A stretch of DNA of 64,000 nucleotides, taken from the NCBI GenBank assembly GCA_038087875.1, contig CM075988.1, positions 2,790,001-2,854,000 on the forward strand, read 5' to 3'. Under the pieces are notes generated by a model, which did not search any database, had not been told where the DNA came from, and saw only the letters and a program-made list of their open reading frames with translations. The DNA is from Malacoraja senta (taxonomy: Eukaryota). Within the stretch, counting starts at the first letter, position 1, and every line of letters begins with the position of its first letter. The translations under genes and the position numbers were made by a program. Below are positions 1-11,595 of the stretch, in pieces.

Positions 1-108
1 CGTCACAGTGCGGCCGCACGGGGGAGCCGAGGCGGAGGGCGGCCGTGGGAGAGTGGTGGCTGCCCCGAGGGTTGCGCTCCTTCGGCCGCCACATCCGCAC
101 ACGGTCTC
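1..108. other. GC/CpG-rich segment cut by the window edge (possible CpG-island or promoter edge)
   Basis: Many CpGs (e.g. GCGGCCGC at 10-17) next to CpG-poor DNA; too short to assign a function. Confidence 0.3.
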
Positions 109-517
109 TCTGTGTGTGTATATGTGTGTATGTGTGTGTGTCTGTGTGTGTGTGTGTGTATATGTGTGAGTCTGTGTGTGTATATGTGTCTGTATCTGTG
201 TGTGTACATGTGTATCTGTGTGTACGTGTGTGTATATCTGTGTGTGTGTATAGATACATAGATACATAGAAAATAGGTGCAGGAGTAGACCATTCGGCCC
301 TTCGAGCTTGCACCGCCATTCAATATGATCATGGCTGATCATCCAACTCAGTATCCCGTACCTGCCTTCTCTCCATACCCCCTGATCCCTTTAGCCACAA
401 GGGAGTGTGTATATGTGTGTGTGTGTCTATGTGTGTGTATGTGTGTGTCTGTGTGTATCTGTGTGTGTATGTGTGTATCTGTGTGTGTATGTGTGTGTGT
501 ATCTGTGTGTGTGTATC

Positions 518-548
<31 letters not shown>

Positions 549-700
549 CAGTGTGTGTATATGTGTGTGTGTATGTGTGTGTGTCTGTGTGTGTATAAGT
601 GTCTGTGTGTGTGTGTCTGTGTGTGTGTCTGCGTGTGTGTGTGTATATGTGTGTCTGTATGTGTCTGTGGGTGTGTGTCTCTGTGTGTGTGTCCGTGTGT
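109..700. repeat. Degenerate (TG)n-rich low-complexity array
   Basis: TG dinucleotides with TA/TC interruptions; interrupted by a CR1 stub at about 250-403. Confidence 0.95.
250..403 (-). mobile_element. CR1 LINE 3' terminal stub with (TATCTATG)n tail
   Basis: Near-identical to the 3' end of the longer CR1 at 22952-24323 (translates ...[13 protein letters not shown]). Confidence 0.9.
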
Positions 701-710
701 CTACCCTAAC

Positions 711-2744
711 TTCCCTCGGACATTGAGGGAAGTTAGTGTAGAAATAGCAGGGGCTATGACAGAAATATTTCAAATGTCATTAGAAACGGGAATAGTGCCG
801 GAGGATTGGCGTACTGCGCATGTTGTTCCGTTGTTTAAAAAGGGTTCTAAGAGTAAACCTAGCAATTATAGACATGTTAGTTTGACGTCAGTGGTGGGAA
901 AATTAATGGAAAGGATACTTAGAGATAATATATATAAGCATCTGGATAAGCAGGGTCTGATTAGGAACAGTCAACATGGATTTGTGCCTGGAAGGTCATG
1001 TTTGACTAATCTTCTTGAATTTTTCGAAGAGGTTACTAGGAAAATTGATGAGGGTAAAGCAGTGGATGTTATCTATATGGACTTCAGTAAGGCCTTTGAC
1101 AAGGTTCCTCATGGAAGGTTGGTTAAGAAAATTCAATTGTTGGGTATTAATGGTGGAGTAGCAAGATGGATTCAACAGTGGCTGAATGGGAGATGCCAGA
1201 GAGTAATGGTGGATGGCTGTTTGTCAGGTTGGAGGCAGGGGACTAGTGGGGTGCCTCAGGGGTCTGTGTTGGGTCCACTGTTGTTTGTCATGTACATCAA
1301 TGATCTGGATGATGGGGTGGTAAATTAGATTAGTAAGTATGCAGATGATACTAAGATAGGTGGTGTTGTGGATAATGAAGTAGATTTTCAAAGTCTACAG
1401 AGAGATTTAGGCCATTTGGAAGAGTGGGCTGAAAGATGGCAGATGGAGTTTAATGCTGATAAATGTGAGGTGCTACATCTTGGCAGGACAAATCAAAGTA
1501 GGACATACATGGTAAATGGTAGCGAATTGAGGAATGCAGTTGAACAGAGGGATCTAGGAATAACTGTGCATAGTTCCCTGAAGGTGGAATCTCATGTAGA
1601 TGGGAAGAAAGCTTTTGGTGTGCTGGCCTTTATAAATCAGAGCATTGAATATAGAAGTTGGGATGTAATGTTAAAATTGTACAAAGCATTGGTGAGGCAA
1701 ATTCTGGAGTATGGAGTACAATTTTGGTCGCCTAATTATAGGAAGGATGTCAACAAAATAGAGAGAGTACAGAGGAGATTTACTAGAATGTTGTTAAATA
1801 AGGAACTGCAGATACTGGAAAATCGAAGGTACACAAAAATGCTGGAGAAACTGAGCGGGTGCAGCAGCATCTATGGAGCGAAGGAAATAGGCAACGTTTC
1901 GGGCCGAAACCCTTCTTCAGACTGATAGGGGGTGGGGAGAAGAAAGGAAAAAAGGAAAAAGGCGGAGGAGGAGCCCGAGGGCTGGGGGAGGGGAGGAGAC
2001 AACCAGAGGGCTGATGAAGGGGAGGGGACAGGAAGGGTTAGCAGAATTGGGAGAATTCAATGTTCAAGCCCCCAGGATGCAGACTGCCCAAGCGGAATAT
2101 GAGGCGCATTTCCTCCAATTTACGGTGTTGCTCGTTGTGGCCATGGAGGAGACCCAGGACAGAGAGGTCAGATACGGAATGGGAGGGGGAGTTGAAGTGC
2201 TGAGCCACCAGGAGGTCAGGTTGGCCATTGCGGCCATTGCGGACCATTTACTAGAATGTTGCCTGGGTTTCAGCAACTAAGTTACAGAGAAAGGTTGAAC
2301 AAGTTAGGTCTTTATTCTTTGGGGCGCAGAAGGTTAAGGGGGGACGATAGAGGTCTTTAAAATGATGAGCGGGTTAGACAGAGTTGACGTGGATAAGCTT
2401 TTCCCATTGAGAGTAGGGAAGATTCAAACAAGGGGACATGACGAGAATTAAGGTACAGAAGTTTAGGGTAACATTAGGGGGAACTTCTTTACTCAGAGAG
2501 TGGTAGCTGTGTGGAATGAGCTTCCAGTGGAAGTGGTGGAGGCAGGTTCGATTTTATCCTTTAAAAATAGATTGGATGGGTATATGGACGGGAAAGGAAT
2601 GGAGGGTTATGGTCTGAGTGCAGGTAGATGGGACTCGGGGGAAGAAAGAAGGGAGAAAAAAGAAAGAAAAAAAAAATGTTCGGCACGGACTTGAAGGGCC
2701 GAGATGGCCTGTTTCCGTGCTGTTATGGTTATATGGTTATATGG
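711..2744 (+). mobile_element. 5'-truncated CR1 LINE (RT region), interrupted by a Penelope insertion
   Basis: Motifs [43 protein letters not shown] and KYADD after an in-frame stop at 1326-1328; (TTATATGG)n tail ending near 2744. Confidence 0.93.
1794..2245 (-). mobile_element. Penelope-like element 3' fragment (GIY-YIG C-terminus plus terminal repeat)
   Basis: ORF 2038-2247 reads VAQHFNSPSHS..LSVLGLLH..RKLEE.RLIFRLGSLHPGGLNIEF; 16-bp TSD ATTTACTAGAATGTTG at 1778-1793 and 2246-2261. Confidence 0.9.
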
Positions 2745-3010
2745 TGTGCACCTGTGTGTGTATCTATGTGTCCGTGTGTGTGTGTGTCTGTGTGTATGTG
2801 TGTGTGTGTGTGTGTCTGTGTGTATGTGTGTGTGTGTGTGTGTCTGTGTGTATCTGTGTTTGCATGTGCCTGTGTGTGTCTGTGTTTGCGCGTGTCTGTG
2901 TGTACGTGTGTACATATGTGTGTGTGTCTGTGTGTGTGTATATGTGTGTGTATCTCCGTCTGTGTGTATCTCCATGTGTTTGTGTGTCTGTGTGTGTCTG
3001 TGTGTGTCTG

Positions 3011-3041
<31 letters not shown>

Positions 3042-3943
3042 GTGTGTGTGTGTATCTGAGTGTGTATCTGTGTGTGTGTGTATGAGTGTGTATCTGTGTG
3101 TGTGTATATGTGTGTGTGTATGTGTGGTGTGTGTGTCTATGTGTGTGTGTGTATTTGTGTGTGTGCATATGTGTGTGTATGTGTGTGTGTGTGTGTGTGT
3201 GTATATGTGCGTGCGTGTGTGTATATGTGCGTGCGTGTGTATGTGTGTGTGTCCGTATGTGTGTGTATCTGTGTGTGTATCTGTGTGCCTCTATATATGT
3301 GTGTGTGTCTGTGTATGTGTGTGTCTATGTGTATCTGTGTGTGTATGTGTGTGTGTGTGTATCTCTGTGTGTATATGTGTGTGAGTATATGTGTGTGTGT
3401 GTATATGTGCATGTGTGTATATGTGTGTGTGTGTGTGTGTATGTGTGTGTTTGTGCGTGTGTGTGTCTGTGTATCTGTGTGTGTGTGCATATGTGTGTGT
3501 CATTTTTGTGTGTGTATGTGTGTGTCAGTGTGTGTATGTGTGTGTCTGTGTGTGTATATGTGTGTGTGTCTGTGTGTGTGTGTATGTCTGTGTGTGTGTA
3601 TGTGTGTGTGTGTGTCTGTGTGTGTGTCTGTGTGTGTGTGTCTGTGTGTGTGTCTGTGTATCTGTGTGTGTCTGTGTGTGTGTGTATATGTGTGTGTCTG
3701 TATGTGTCTGTGTCTGTCTGTGTGTATCTGTGTTCACCTGTGTATGTATCTGTGTGTCCGTGTGTGTCCCCATGTGTATGTGTGTGTGTCTGTGTGTGTC
3801 TGTGTGTTTGTATCTGTGTGTGTCTGTTTGTGTGTGTATCTGTGTTTGCATGTGCCTGTGTGTATCTGTGTTTGCGTGTGTCTGTGTGTACGTGTGTTTG
3901 TGTGTGTGTCTGTGTGTGTGTATCTGCGTGTGTGTGTGTCTGT

Positions 3944-3975
<32 letters not shown>

Positions 3976-4315
3976 CTGTGTGTGTGTATATGTATGTGTG
4001 TGTCGGTGTGTGTCTGTATATCTGTGTGTGTATGTGTGTGTGTGTATCTGTGTGTATCTGTGTGCGTGTATATATGTGTATGTGTCTGTGTGTGTGTGTC
4101 TGTGTGTGTATCTGTGTGTGTATCTGTGTGACCGTGTGTGTACCTGTGTGTGTATCTGTGTGTCCGTGTGTGTGTGTCCGTGTGTATGTGTGTGTTTGTC
4201 TGCGTGTGTCTGTGTTTGCATGTGTCTGTGTGTGCGTGTGTGTTTGTGTGTGTGCTTGTGTGTTTGTGTTTGTGTGTGTGTGTGTGTGTGTGTGCGTGTG
4301 TGCTTGTGTGTGTGC

Positions 4316-4354
<39 letters not shown>

Positions 4355-4520
4355 TATATGTATGTGTGTGTCGGTGTGTGTCTGTGTATATCTGTGTGTG
4401 TGTGTATCTGTGTGTATCTGTGTGCGTGTATATATGTGTATATGTCTGTGTGTGTGTGTCTGTGTGTGTATCTCTGTGTGTATATGTGTGTGTGTATATG
4501 TGTGTGTGTGTATATGTGCA

Positions 4521-4557
<37 letters not shown>

Positions 4558-5052
4558 TTGTGCATGTGTGTGTGTCTGTGTATCTGTGTGCGTGTGCATA
4601 TGTGTGAGTCATTTTTGTGTGTGTATGTGTGTGTCAGTGTGTGTATGTGTGTGTCTGTGTGTGTATATGTGTGTGTGTCTGTGTGTGTGTATGTCTGTGT
4701 GTGTGTATGTGTGTGTGTGTGTGTCTGTGTGTGTGTCTGTGTGTGTGTGTCTGTGTGTGTGTCTGTGTATCTGTGTGTGTCTGTGTGTGTGTGTATATGT
4801 GTGTGTCTGTATGTGTCTGTGTCTGTCTGTGTGTATCTGTGTTCACCTGTGTATGTATCTGTGTGTCCGTGTGTGTCCCCATGTGTATGTGTGTGTGTCT
4901 GTGTGTGTCTGTGTGTTTGTATCTGTGTGTGTCTGTTTGTGTGTGTATCTGTGTTTGCATGTGCCTGTGTGTATCTGTGTTTGCGTGTGTCTGTGTGTAC
5001 GTGTGTTTGTGTGTGTGTCTGTGTGTGTGTATCTGCGTGTGTGTGTGTCTGT

Positions 5053-5084
<32 letters not shown>

Positions 5085-5377
5085 CTGTGTGTGTGTATAT
5101 GTATGTGTGTGTCGGTGTGTGTCTGTATATCTGTGTGTGTATGTGTGTGTGTGTATCTGTGTGTATCTGTGTGCGTGTATATATGTGTATGTGTCTGTGT
5201 GTGTGTGTCTGTGTGTGTATCTGTGTGTGTATCTGTGTGACCGTGTGTGTACCTGTGTGTGTATCTGTGTGTTCGTGTGTGTGTGTCCGTGTGTATGTGT
5301 GTGTTTGTCTGTGTGTGTCTGTGTTTGCATGTGTCTGCGTGTGTGTCTGTGTGTGCGTGTGTGTTTGTGTGTGTGCT

Positions 5378-5415
<38 letters not shown>

Positions 5416-5851
5416 CGTGTGTTCTTGTGTGTGTGCTTGTGTGTGTGTGTGTGTGTGTGTCTGTGTATGTGTGTATATGTATGTGTGTGTCGGTGTGTGT
5501 CTGTGTATATCTGTGTGTGTGTGTATCTGTGTGTATCTGTGTGCGTGTATATATGTGTATATGTCTGTGTGTGTGTGTCTGTGTGTGTATCTGTGTGTGT
5601 ATCTGTGTGACCATGTGTGTATCTGTGTGTGTATCTGTGTGTCCGTGTGTGTGTGTGTGTGTGTTTGTCTGTGTGTGTCTGTGTTTGCATGTATCTGTGT
5701 GTGTGTCTGTGTGTGCTTGTGGTTTGTGTGTGTGCTTGTGTGTGTGTGTTTGTGTGTATGTGTGTGTGTGCGTGTGTGCTTGTGTATGTGTGCTTGTGTG
5801 TGTGTGTGTGTATGTGTGTGTGTGTGTGTGTGTATGTGCGTGTGCGTGTGT
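2745..5851. repeat. 3.1-kb TG-rich array containing a ~1109-bp tandem duplication
   Basis: Rare landmark words recur at a constant offset of 1109: CATTTTTG 3501/4610, TGTTCACC 3731/4840, ACCG 4131/5240. Confidence 0.92.
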
Positions 5852-6030
5852 GCTTGTTATCCAACTTTCTCATCCATTCCCTACCCAGTATGCATGTTCT
5901 CCCTGTGACCACGTGGGTTTTCTCCGGGTGCTCTGGTTTCCTCCCACACCCCAAAGACATGCAGGTTTGTAGGTTATTTGTAAATTGCTCATACAGGGTA
6001 GGGAATGGATGAGAAAGTGGGATAACAAGC
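5852..6030 (+). mobile_element. V-domain SINE fragment flanked by a ~41-bp inverted duplication of its 3' part
   Basis: SINE core GTTCTCCCTGTGACC..GGGTTTTCTCCGGGTGCTCTGGTTTCCTCCCACA at about 5895-5950; inverted arms 5852-5892 and 5990-6030. Confidence 0.8.
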
Positions 6031-6257
6031 GCACAAAGACAAACACATACAACACACGCTCACTAACACAGATACAAGCACAGACATACACACACACTCA
6101 CACACAAAACAAAGAATGTGTACACAACAAACACACCCACACAGATACACAGAGACACGCACACATAGACAGGGATATGCACAAGTGCACACACATAACG
6201 AAAATGCATACATCACAAACCTAGACAAACAAACACACATGCAAGCACACATACTAG

Positions 6258-6420
6258 GTAGATACATAGATACATAGAAAATAGGTGCAGGAGTAGGCCA
6301 TTCGGCCCTTCGAGCCTGCACCGCAAATCAATATGATCATGGCTGATCATCCAACTCAGTATCCCGTACCTGCCTTCTCTCCATACCCCCTGATCCCTTT
6401 AGCCACAAGGGCCACATCTA
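6258..6420 (-). mobile_element. CR1 3' stub inserted in the left TIR of the DNA transposon
   Basis: Same 3' end and tail as 250-403 and 22952-23115; its 5' junction shares CTA with the host TIR. Confidence 0.85.
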
Positions 6421-7023
6421 TGTTACAATACCTACCTTCAGTGGCGCTGCAATTCTGCCACTGGTCTTGTGCGCGATTTTGGCGTCTTTGAGGGGGGGCG
6501 GGGTTAAAACGTGGGTTTCTCCTACCTTGTCCTGGTTAATATTTCGTTGGAGTGCAAACTTTTGCTGAAAAATCGTTCCGACGGGCGTTTTGTGTTTTTT
6601 TAATTTTTATTCGATCGACAATTTCAGCGCTGGAATTATTTTAAAATCAGCTTCGAAAGCCGTCAACGCCGACAACGGGGACGGATTTCACGCATGGGAC
6701 AGGTAAACAAAAGCAGTTTATTTTTTTGTATAAAAGTGCTTCTTAAGAGGCCTTTAATTCACATTTTTTAATGCGAAACGGTGATTCTGTTCCCCGAACT
6801 AACGGCAGAATTTTTCATGCCGATACGGGGTTAAATTCACTGCAAATCAACGTTCCAATTGATCGCGTTCCAGAAAACCCCACTCGCAAGATGATTTAAA
6901 TGGCCATTAATTTACAGGTGTTAAACATTAAATTCCTTCCATTTGGCCTGTAAATCCATGACAATGAGATTAAAAAATTATGTTATATTGTGAATTCTTG
7001 TGTGAATGTTATTTGGACACTTA

Positions 7024-7686
7024 AAGGCCTGTCTCACGAGTCTGCGATCATTGGCGGCAAAACAGGAATAATCTACCGCTCCTGGGCCGCCATAGACCGC
7101 GCACTCGGTCAAACGCACAATTCCGGGGCCGTGCGCCGTTGTTCCCAACACCGCACGGTGCTAAAATAAAACCAACACTGTTCAAAAATATGTCCCTACC
7201 GCACAGCCTCCGCCAGTGAGGCACGAGTGCAGCACGGCCGCCGCCACAGCCGCCGCCAGTGTGGCACGAGCGGCGTGCGTCGAACTTGCACCGCCACAGC
7301 CTCCGCCAGTGAGGCACGTGTGCGGCACGGCCGCCACCACAGCCACCGCTACAGCACCGCGATCAGCACAGCCGCCGCCACAGCCGCCGCTAGTGAGTCA
7401 CGTGTGCGGCACGGCCGCCGCCACAGCCACCGCTACAGCGCCACGATCAGGACGGCCGCCACAGCCCCGCAGATCCAAAATGACGTCATCGCAGTCGGCC
7501 CGCCCTTTTTTTTAACTTACCGCAAGCTCCTGGGACCAGCCGTATTTAAATCACTCGGCCCCCGTGCAGCATCCGTGCGGCGCTCCCGTGGCATAGGCTC
7601 AGCGCTCTCGCCGTTGCCGTGCGGTCCCCTCTACAGGCGAAGCCGCGCTTCACCGCCGATGACCGCAACACCGTGAGACAGAGCCT
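7024..7686. mobile_element. PIF/Harbinger-type MITE with GC-rich internal tandem repeats
   Basis: 15-bp imperfect TIRs AAGGCCTGTCTCACG / CGTGAGACAGAGCCT; TTA TSD at 7021-7023 and 7687-7689; internal CCGCCACAGCCGCCGCCAGTG-type repeats at about 7200-7470. Confidence 0.85.
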
Positions 7687-9645
7687 TTAGGCTATTTAAA
7701 AATGTTAATCTATTCTTAAGAAATTGATAGATGTTTAGATCTAGTAATTGAATTTTGTTATTAGCTACAATTAGGTAACTAACTAATTATATGCTTTAAT
7801 TTCATGTCATCTAAGTAAGATGTTTTCATATTTGTTTCAGAATGCTTCAATCTATAATAACTGAAAATTTCTTTCAGTTCTCTTAATTTTTAAGAAAGTT
7901 ATGGGCTTTTGACTGTCCTCGATCACAGCTTTTGTGTTAAGTCAATGGAAAAGCAATAGGGAACAAGATGCTAATTTCCGAGTATGAAAATGGCCATAAC
8001 TGTTTTAATACTGAAGATATGTAAGTGAATTAGGTGTCAAATTAAACTTCTTTTTATGCTTTATCTGATGGGATAAATTACAGACTTGATTTTTTAAATC
8101 TCAAAATTTTGTAACATTGCTACACATACATACACACAGATACATGCACACACGTATACACATACACACAGACACACACATATACACACACACACACACA
8201 CATACAAGGTTTTTAACAAGGATTGGAATTGATATTGAGAGGAGGACATAGTGGCGTGGAACTGAATGGGGAGTGGTGTGAGTGGGTGGGAGACGAGAGT
8301 GAGAACTGGGTCAGGGACAAAGTGTCCCAACACCAGTTATAAAGAGCAGCTCCTCATGTCTCTGCATTACATTATGACTCACCGTCCTATCAACTAAGTG
8401 AACTAATGGGCAACTGATATTTCCTGGCAACTTTAATCAGGGAGATTGCTGTGGGCGGCTGGCACTACAGGGATCTGTTGACAATGATAATATTTGTCAC
8501 AAATGGAGATTGCAGAAGCCATTGGTAGTGGTGGGCTGGAAGATGTAGCCCAGCCTGTGCTTCAAGTGGTATCATGACAGCAGACATCTCTCTCAGCAGA
8601 GCTTCCAGTGATGGTTTTACTGAACAGTGACCAGGGAAAGATAAGCAAATGTAATCTCACAGCATTCTTTATCCAAACGTCATAAGAATCCATCTCCCTT
8701 AATAATACTGTTGCAGAGTTCAGGTCATCCCCTCGATAAAGCAGCCAACATCATCAAAGACCTTTTGGTTAAACCCCTGTCTCACGGTGCAAGCTGACCC
8801 ACGAGGTACCCCGAGCTTAAAACAAATTTAACTCGTGGTAATCACGTACGATTAACGTAGCGGGAACGTCGGAACTCGTGGACGCAACTTAGCGACTCTT
8901 GGCGCTAACGGCAGGTACCCGTGAAACTTGTTAACTCTTGCAAAAAATTCAAACATGTTTAAACTTTTCCACGAGTAAAATGTACTCTTGAAGTTAAAAT
9001 TTGAAACATTTAAACACGTTGTAAGAACGTAGTGGCCCGTGCGTTTACCTTAGTGACTCGTGAGTCTACCGTGGGAAGTCTTTAACTCAGCGGGCAGGCA
9101 GCATCTCTGGAGAGAAGGAATGGGTGATGGGATGACATTTCCAAATTGGGGGGGAGGAGAGTTGGTGGAGAGTGGAGGGAGAGGAAGGGGAGACAGATGG
9201 GGGTGTCTTTATTCACTAGCCGCGGGTGCCTGTCACTGAAACAGGCAGGTGAGATTTAACATCCACCTTGTGTGTGTGTGTGTGTCTCTCTCTCCCTCCC
9301 TCCCTCTCACACAGGCTGAGAGACTCTGCCTCTGTGAGTGTACGTCTCTTTCTCCCCCTCCCACACACAGTAAGACCGAGGTAAGTCCATCTGTGTCTCC
9401 CACATACACAGTAAACTCTGCTTTGTGTGTGTATATACGTCTCCCCCCCATTTCTCTTTCTCCCCCCCACCTCTTTCTTTCTCCCCCCCCCCCCCACACC
9501 TCTCTCTTTCTCCCCCACACACAATAAGACCGATGTATTCTGCTTAGTCTCTCTTCCCTCCCACACACACAGATAGACTGAGGTCCTGTGCGATCTTTCT
9601 CTCTCCCCCACAATCACGCCAAAGTACACCACACTGCCTCTGTGC

Positions 9646-9678
<33 letters not shown>

Positions 9679-9832
9679 TCTCCTTCATACAGTCAGAGGT
9701 CCACACTGTCTCTGTGTCTCTCTCTCCCCTACACACACACACAGACTGAGGTACACACTGCCCGTTGTGTGTGTGTGTCTGCCTCTGTCTCTCTCTCTCC
9801 CACACACACAGTTAAAGGTATTCCACGCTGCC

Positions 9833-10112
9833 TGTGTGTGTGTGTGTCTCTCTCTCTCTCACTGTCCCACCCCCCACACCCACACACAGTCAGTCAGTCA
9901 GAGGAACTCCATACTGTGTGTGTGTGTGTGTGTGTCTCTCTCTCTCACTGTCCCACCCCCCACACCCACACACAGTCAGTCAGTCAGAGGAACTCCATAC
10001 TGTGTGTGTGTGTGTGTGTGTGTCTCTCTCTCTCACTGTCCCACCCCCCACACCCACACACAGTCAGTCAGTCAGAGGAACTCCATACTGTGTGTGTGTG
10101 TGTGTGTGTGTG
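9833..10112. repeat. Minisatellite: three copies of a ~85-bp unit containing a variable (TG)n(TC)n run
   Basis: ACTGTCCCACCCCCCACACCCACACACAGTCAGTCAGTCAGAGGAACTCCATAC occurs three times, separated by TG/TC runs of different length. Confidence 0.92.
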
Positions 10113-10332
10113 TGCGCCTCTGTCTCTCCCAATCACAGTCAGAGTGAGGTACTCCCCCCGCAGTCTCTCCGCGGGCTCTCCCTGGGCAGGGTGCATCTGC
10201 CTCCCTCAGGCTGCCCAGGCAGTCAGACACGACTCCGGTGGCGGGCTCCATGCACAGCTCCTGCCGGCCGGCTGGGAGCGGCGACGGAGGACAGGGGGAA
10301 GTTGGCCACCAGCGGGACAGTCTCGGTTCTCC

Positions 10333-10384
10333 ATGCAGTCCGAGTCTCGCTGGATCCTCGTAATCCTCTGCCTCTGTCAAATGG
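10333..10384 (+). CDS. Candidate signal-peptide first coding exon (MQSESRWILVILCLCQM-G), gene unidentified
   Basis: ATG at 10333, 17 codons with a hydrophobic core, then G|GTGAGT consensus donor (10385-10390, phase 1), preceded by ~190 bp of CpG-rich leader. No downstream exons identified. Confidence 0.4.
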
Positions 10385-10974
10385 GTGAGTTTAACCTGAC
10401 CCCCCCCCCCCCAACCTCCCTCCACCTCAACTCACGCCTGGGCACCAAAGCAGCTCAGGAGGCGAACCCTGAGCTGTGTCTCCCAACAATCTGATGTGTG
10501 CATCCGTGCACATTCAAAGATTTAATCTCCAGTCTCCCCGCAGTGTGTAGACCTGGCAGTAAATTCTATTAAAATATAGCAAACCTCCGCCTGCTGGTCT
10601 TCTAACTACGTGATGTGTGTTTCAAACAAATCATCAGTATAACTGCCCTGGCACTGGACGGTGCGCATTTTCCCTTTGTAGGTCACATCAATAGATGCGG
10701 CCTTCAAAGCCGCAGGATGGAGATGTTGCTTATTAAAACAGACCTTCATTGAAGGTTGGCTCAAGAGTATTTTGGAAAGGAACTTGTTAACTCGGGAGAC
10801 GAACTTGGAACATCGCAGAAATGACAGTTAACGGCAAACTTGAGTCATACCCGCGGGAACTCGGTTAAACTCTTGATCATACACTTGGAATCTCGTGCAC
10901 AACCACATGTCTTTTGCTCGGGGTACCTCGTGGGTCAACTCGCACTGTGAGACAGGGCTTTAAGTTAGTTAATT

Positions 10975-11595
10975 CTTCTATTGTACTGTGGAAAACTTTT
11001 CTTTGCATGCTATCCAGTCAGAGAAAACACGATAAATGTCCACAGCGTACAGATACAACATTTAGAGCAAAATAAAGTCTGATCAAGTCCGATTAAAGAT
11101 AGTTCAAAGGTCTCCATGAGGTAGATGGGAAGTCAGGACCGCTGTAGAGCTGGTGAGAGGACGGTTCAGTTGCCTGGTAACAGCTGGGACATAACTGTCA
11201 CTGAACCCGGAGGTGTGCGTTTTCACACTTCTGTGTCTCTTGCCTGATAGGAGAGGGGAGAAGAGGAAGTGACTGGGATCATGTTGGCGGCCTTGCCGAG
11301 GCAGCATGAAGTGTAGATGGAGTCAATGGAAGAGTGGCTGGTTTGTGTGATGGTCTGGACTACGTTCACAACTCTCTGCAATTTCTTGTGTTCTTGGAAG
11401 GAACTGTTCCCAAACCATGCTGTGATGTATGCCAATAAAATGCTTTATATGGAACAACTATAGAAGTTGGTGAGGGTTGCTCGGGACATGCCGAACCTCC
11501 TAAGCCTTCTAAAGTAGTAGAGGTTTTGGTGTCCTTAATGTCCATTGATCTGTTTGGGCTGTTTCTGGACAAATTGCTGGTGATATTTATCCTAA
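10975..11595 (-). mobile_element. Rex1/Babar-type LINE 3' fragment
   Basis: Broken frames ITAWFGNSS..KKLQRVV and PSH.LFSPL.SGKR.RS.KT, homologous to the end of the 44215-45435 ORF. Confidence 0.8.

Larger units (their letters stand above)
6255..8122. mobile_element. Non-autonomous DNA transposon with TAG...CTA termini (Academ-like termini, superfamily unconfirmed)
   Basis: Right end reverse-complements to TAGCAATGTTACAA; left end reconstructs as TAG(6255-6257)+CTATGTTACAA(6418-6428) once a CR1 stub is removed; sits in a CA-rich tract; no transposase ORF. Confidence 0.65.
8772..10960. mobile_element. Harbinger-like non-autonomous element with 45-bp TIRs and heterogeneous interior
   Basis: TIRs 8772-8816 and 10916-10960 match at 41/45 positions and share the CTGTCTCAC core with the 7024-7686 MITE; flanks are TTA and TAA, so the TSD is imperfect. 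Confidence 0.75.

Noticed and set aside
2607..6012. Very long Cys/Val and His/Thr ORFs (up to 940 aa)
   Set aside because: They are translations of TG/CA arrays, which rarely contain stop codons; there is no protein-like complexity.
9833..10112. Repeat-spacer pattern resembling a CRISPR array
   Set aside because: The intervening sequences are simple TG/TC runs rather than unique spacers, there are no cas genes and the context is vertebrate.
10072..10425. Minus-strand 117-aa ORF over the GC-rich segment
   Set aside because: It starts in a G-run, ends in microsatellite and has no recognisable motif; the plus-strand ATG-to-GTGAGT reading has better signals.
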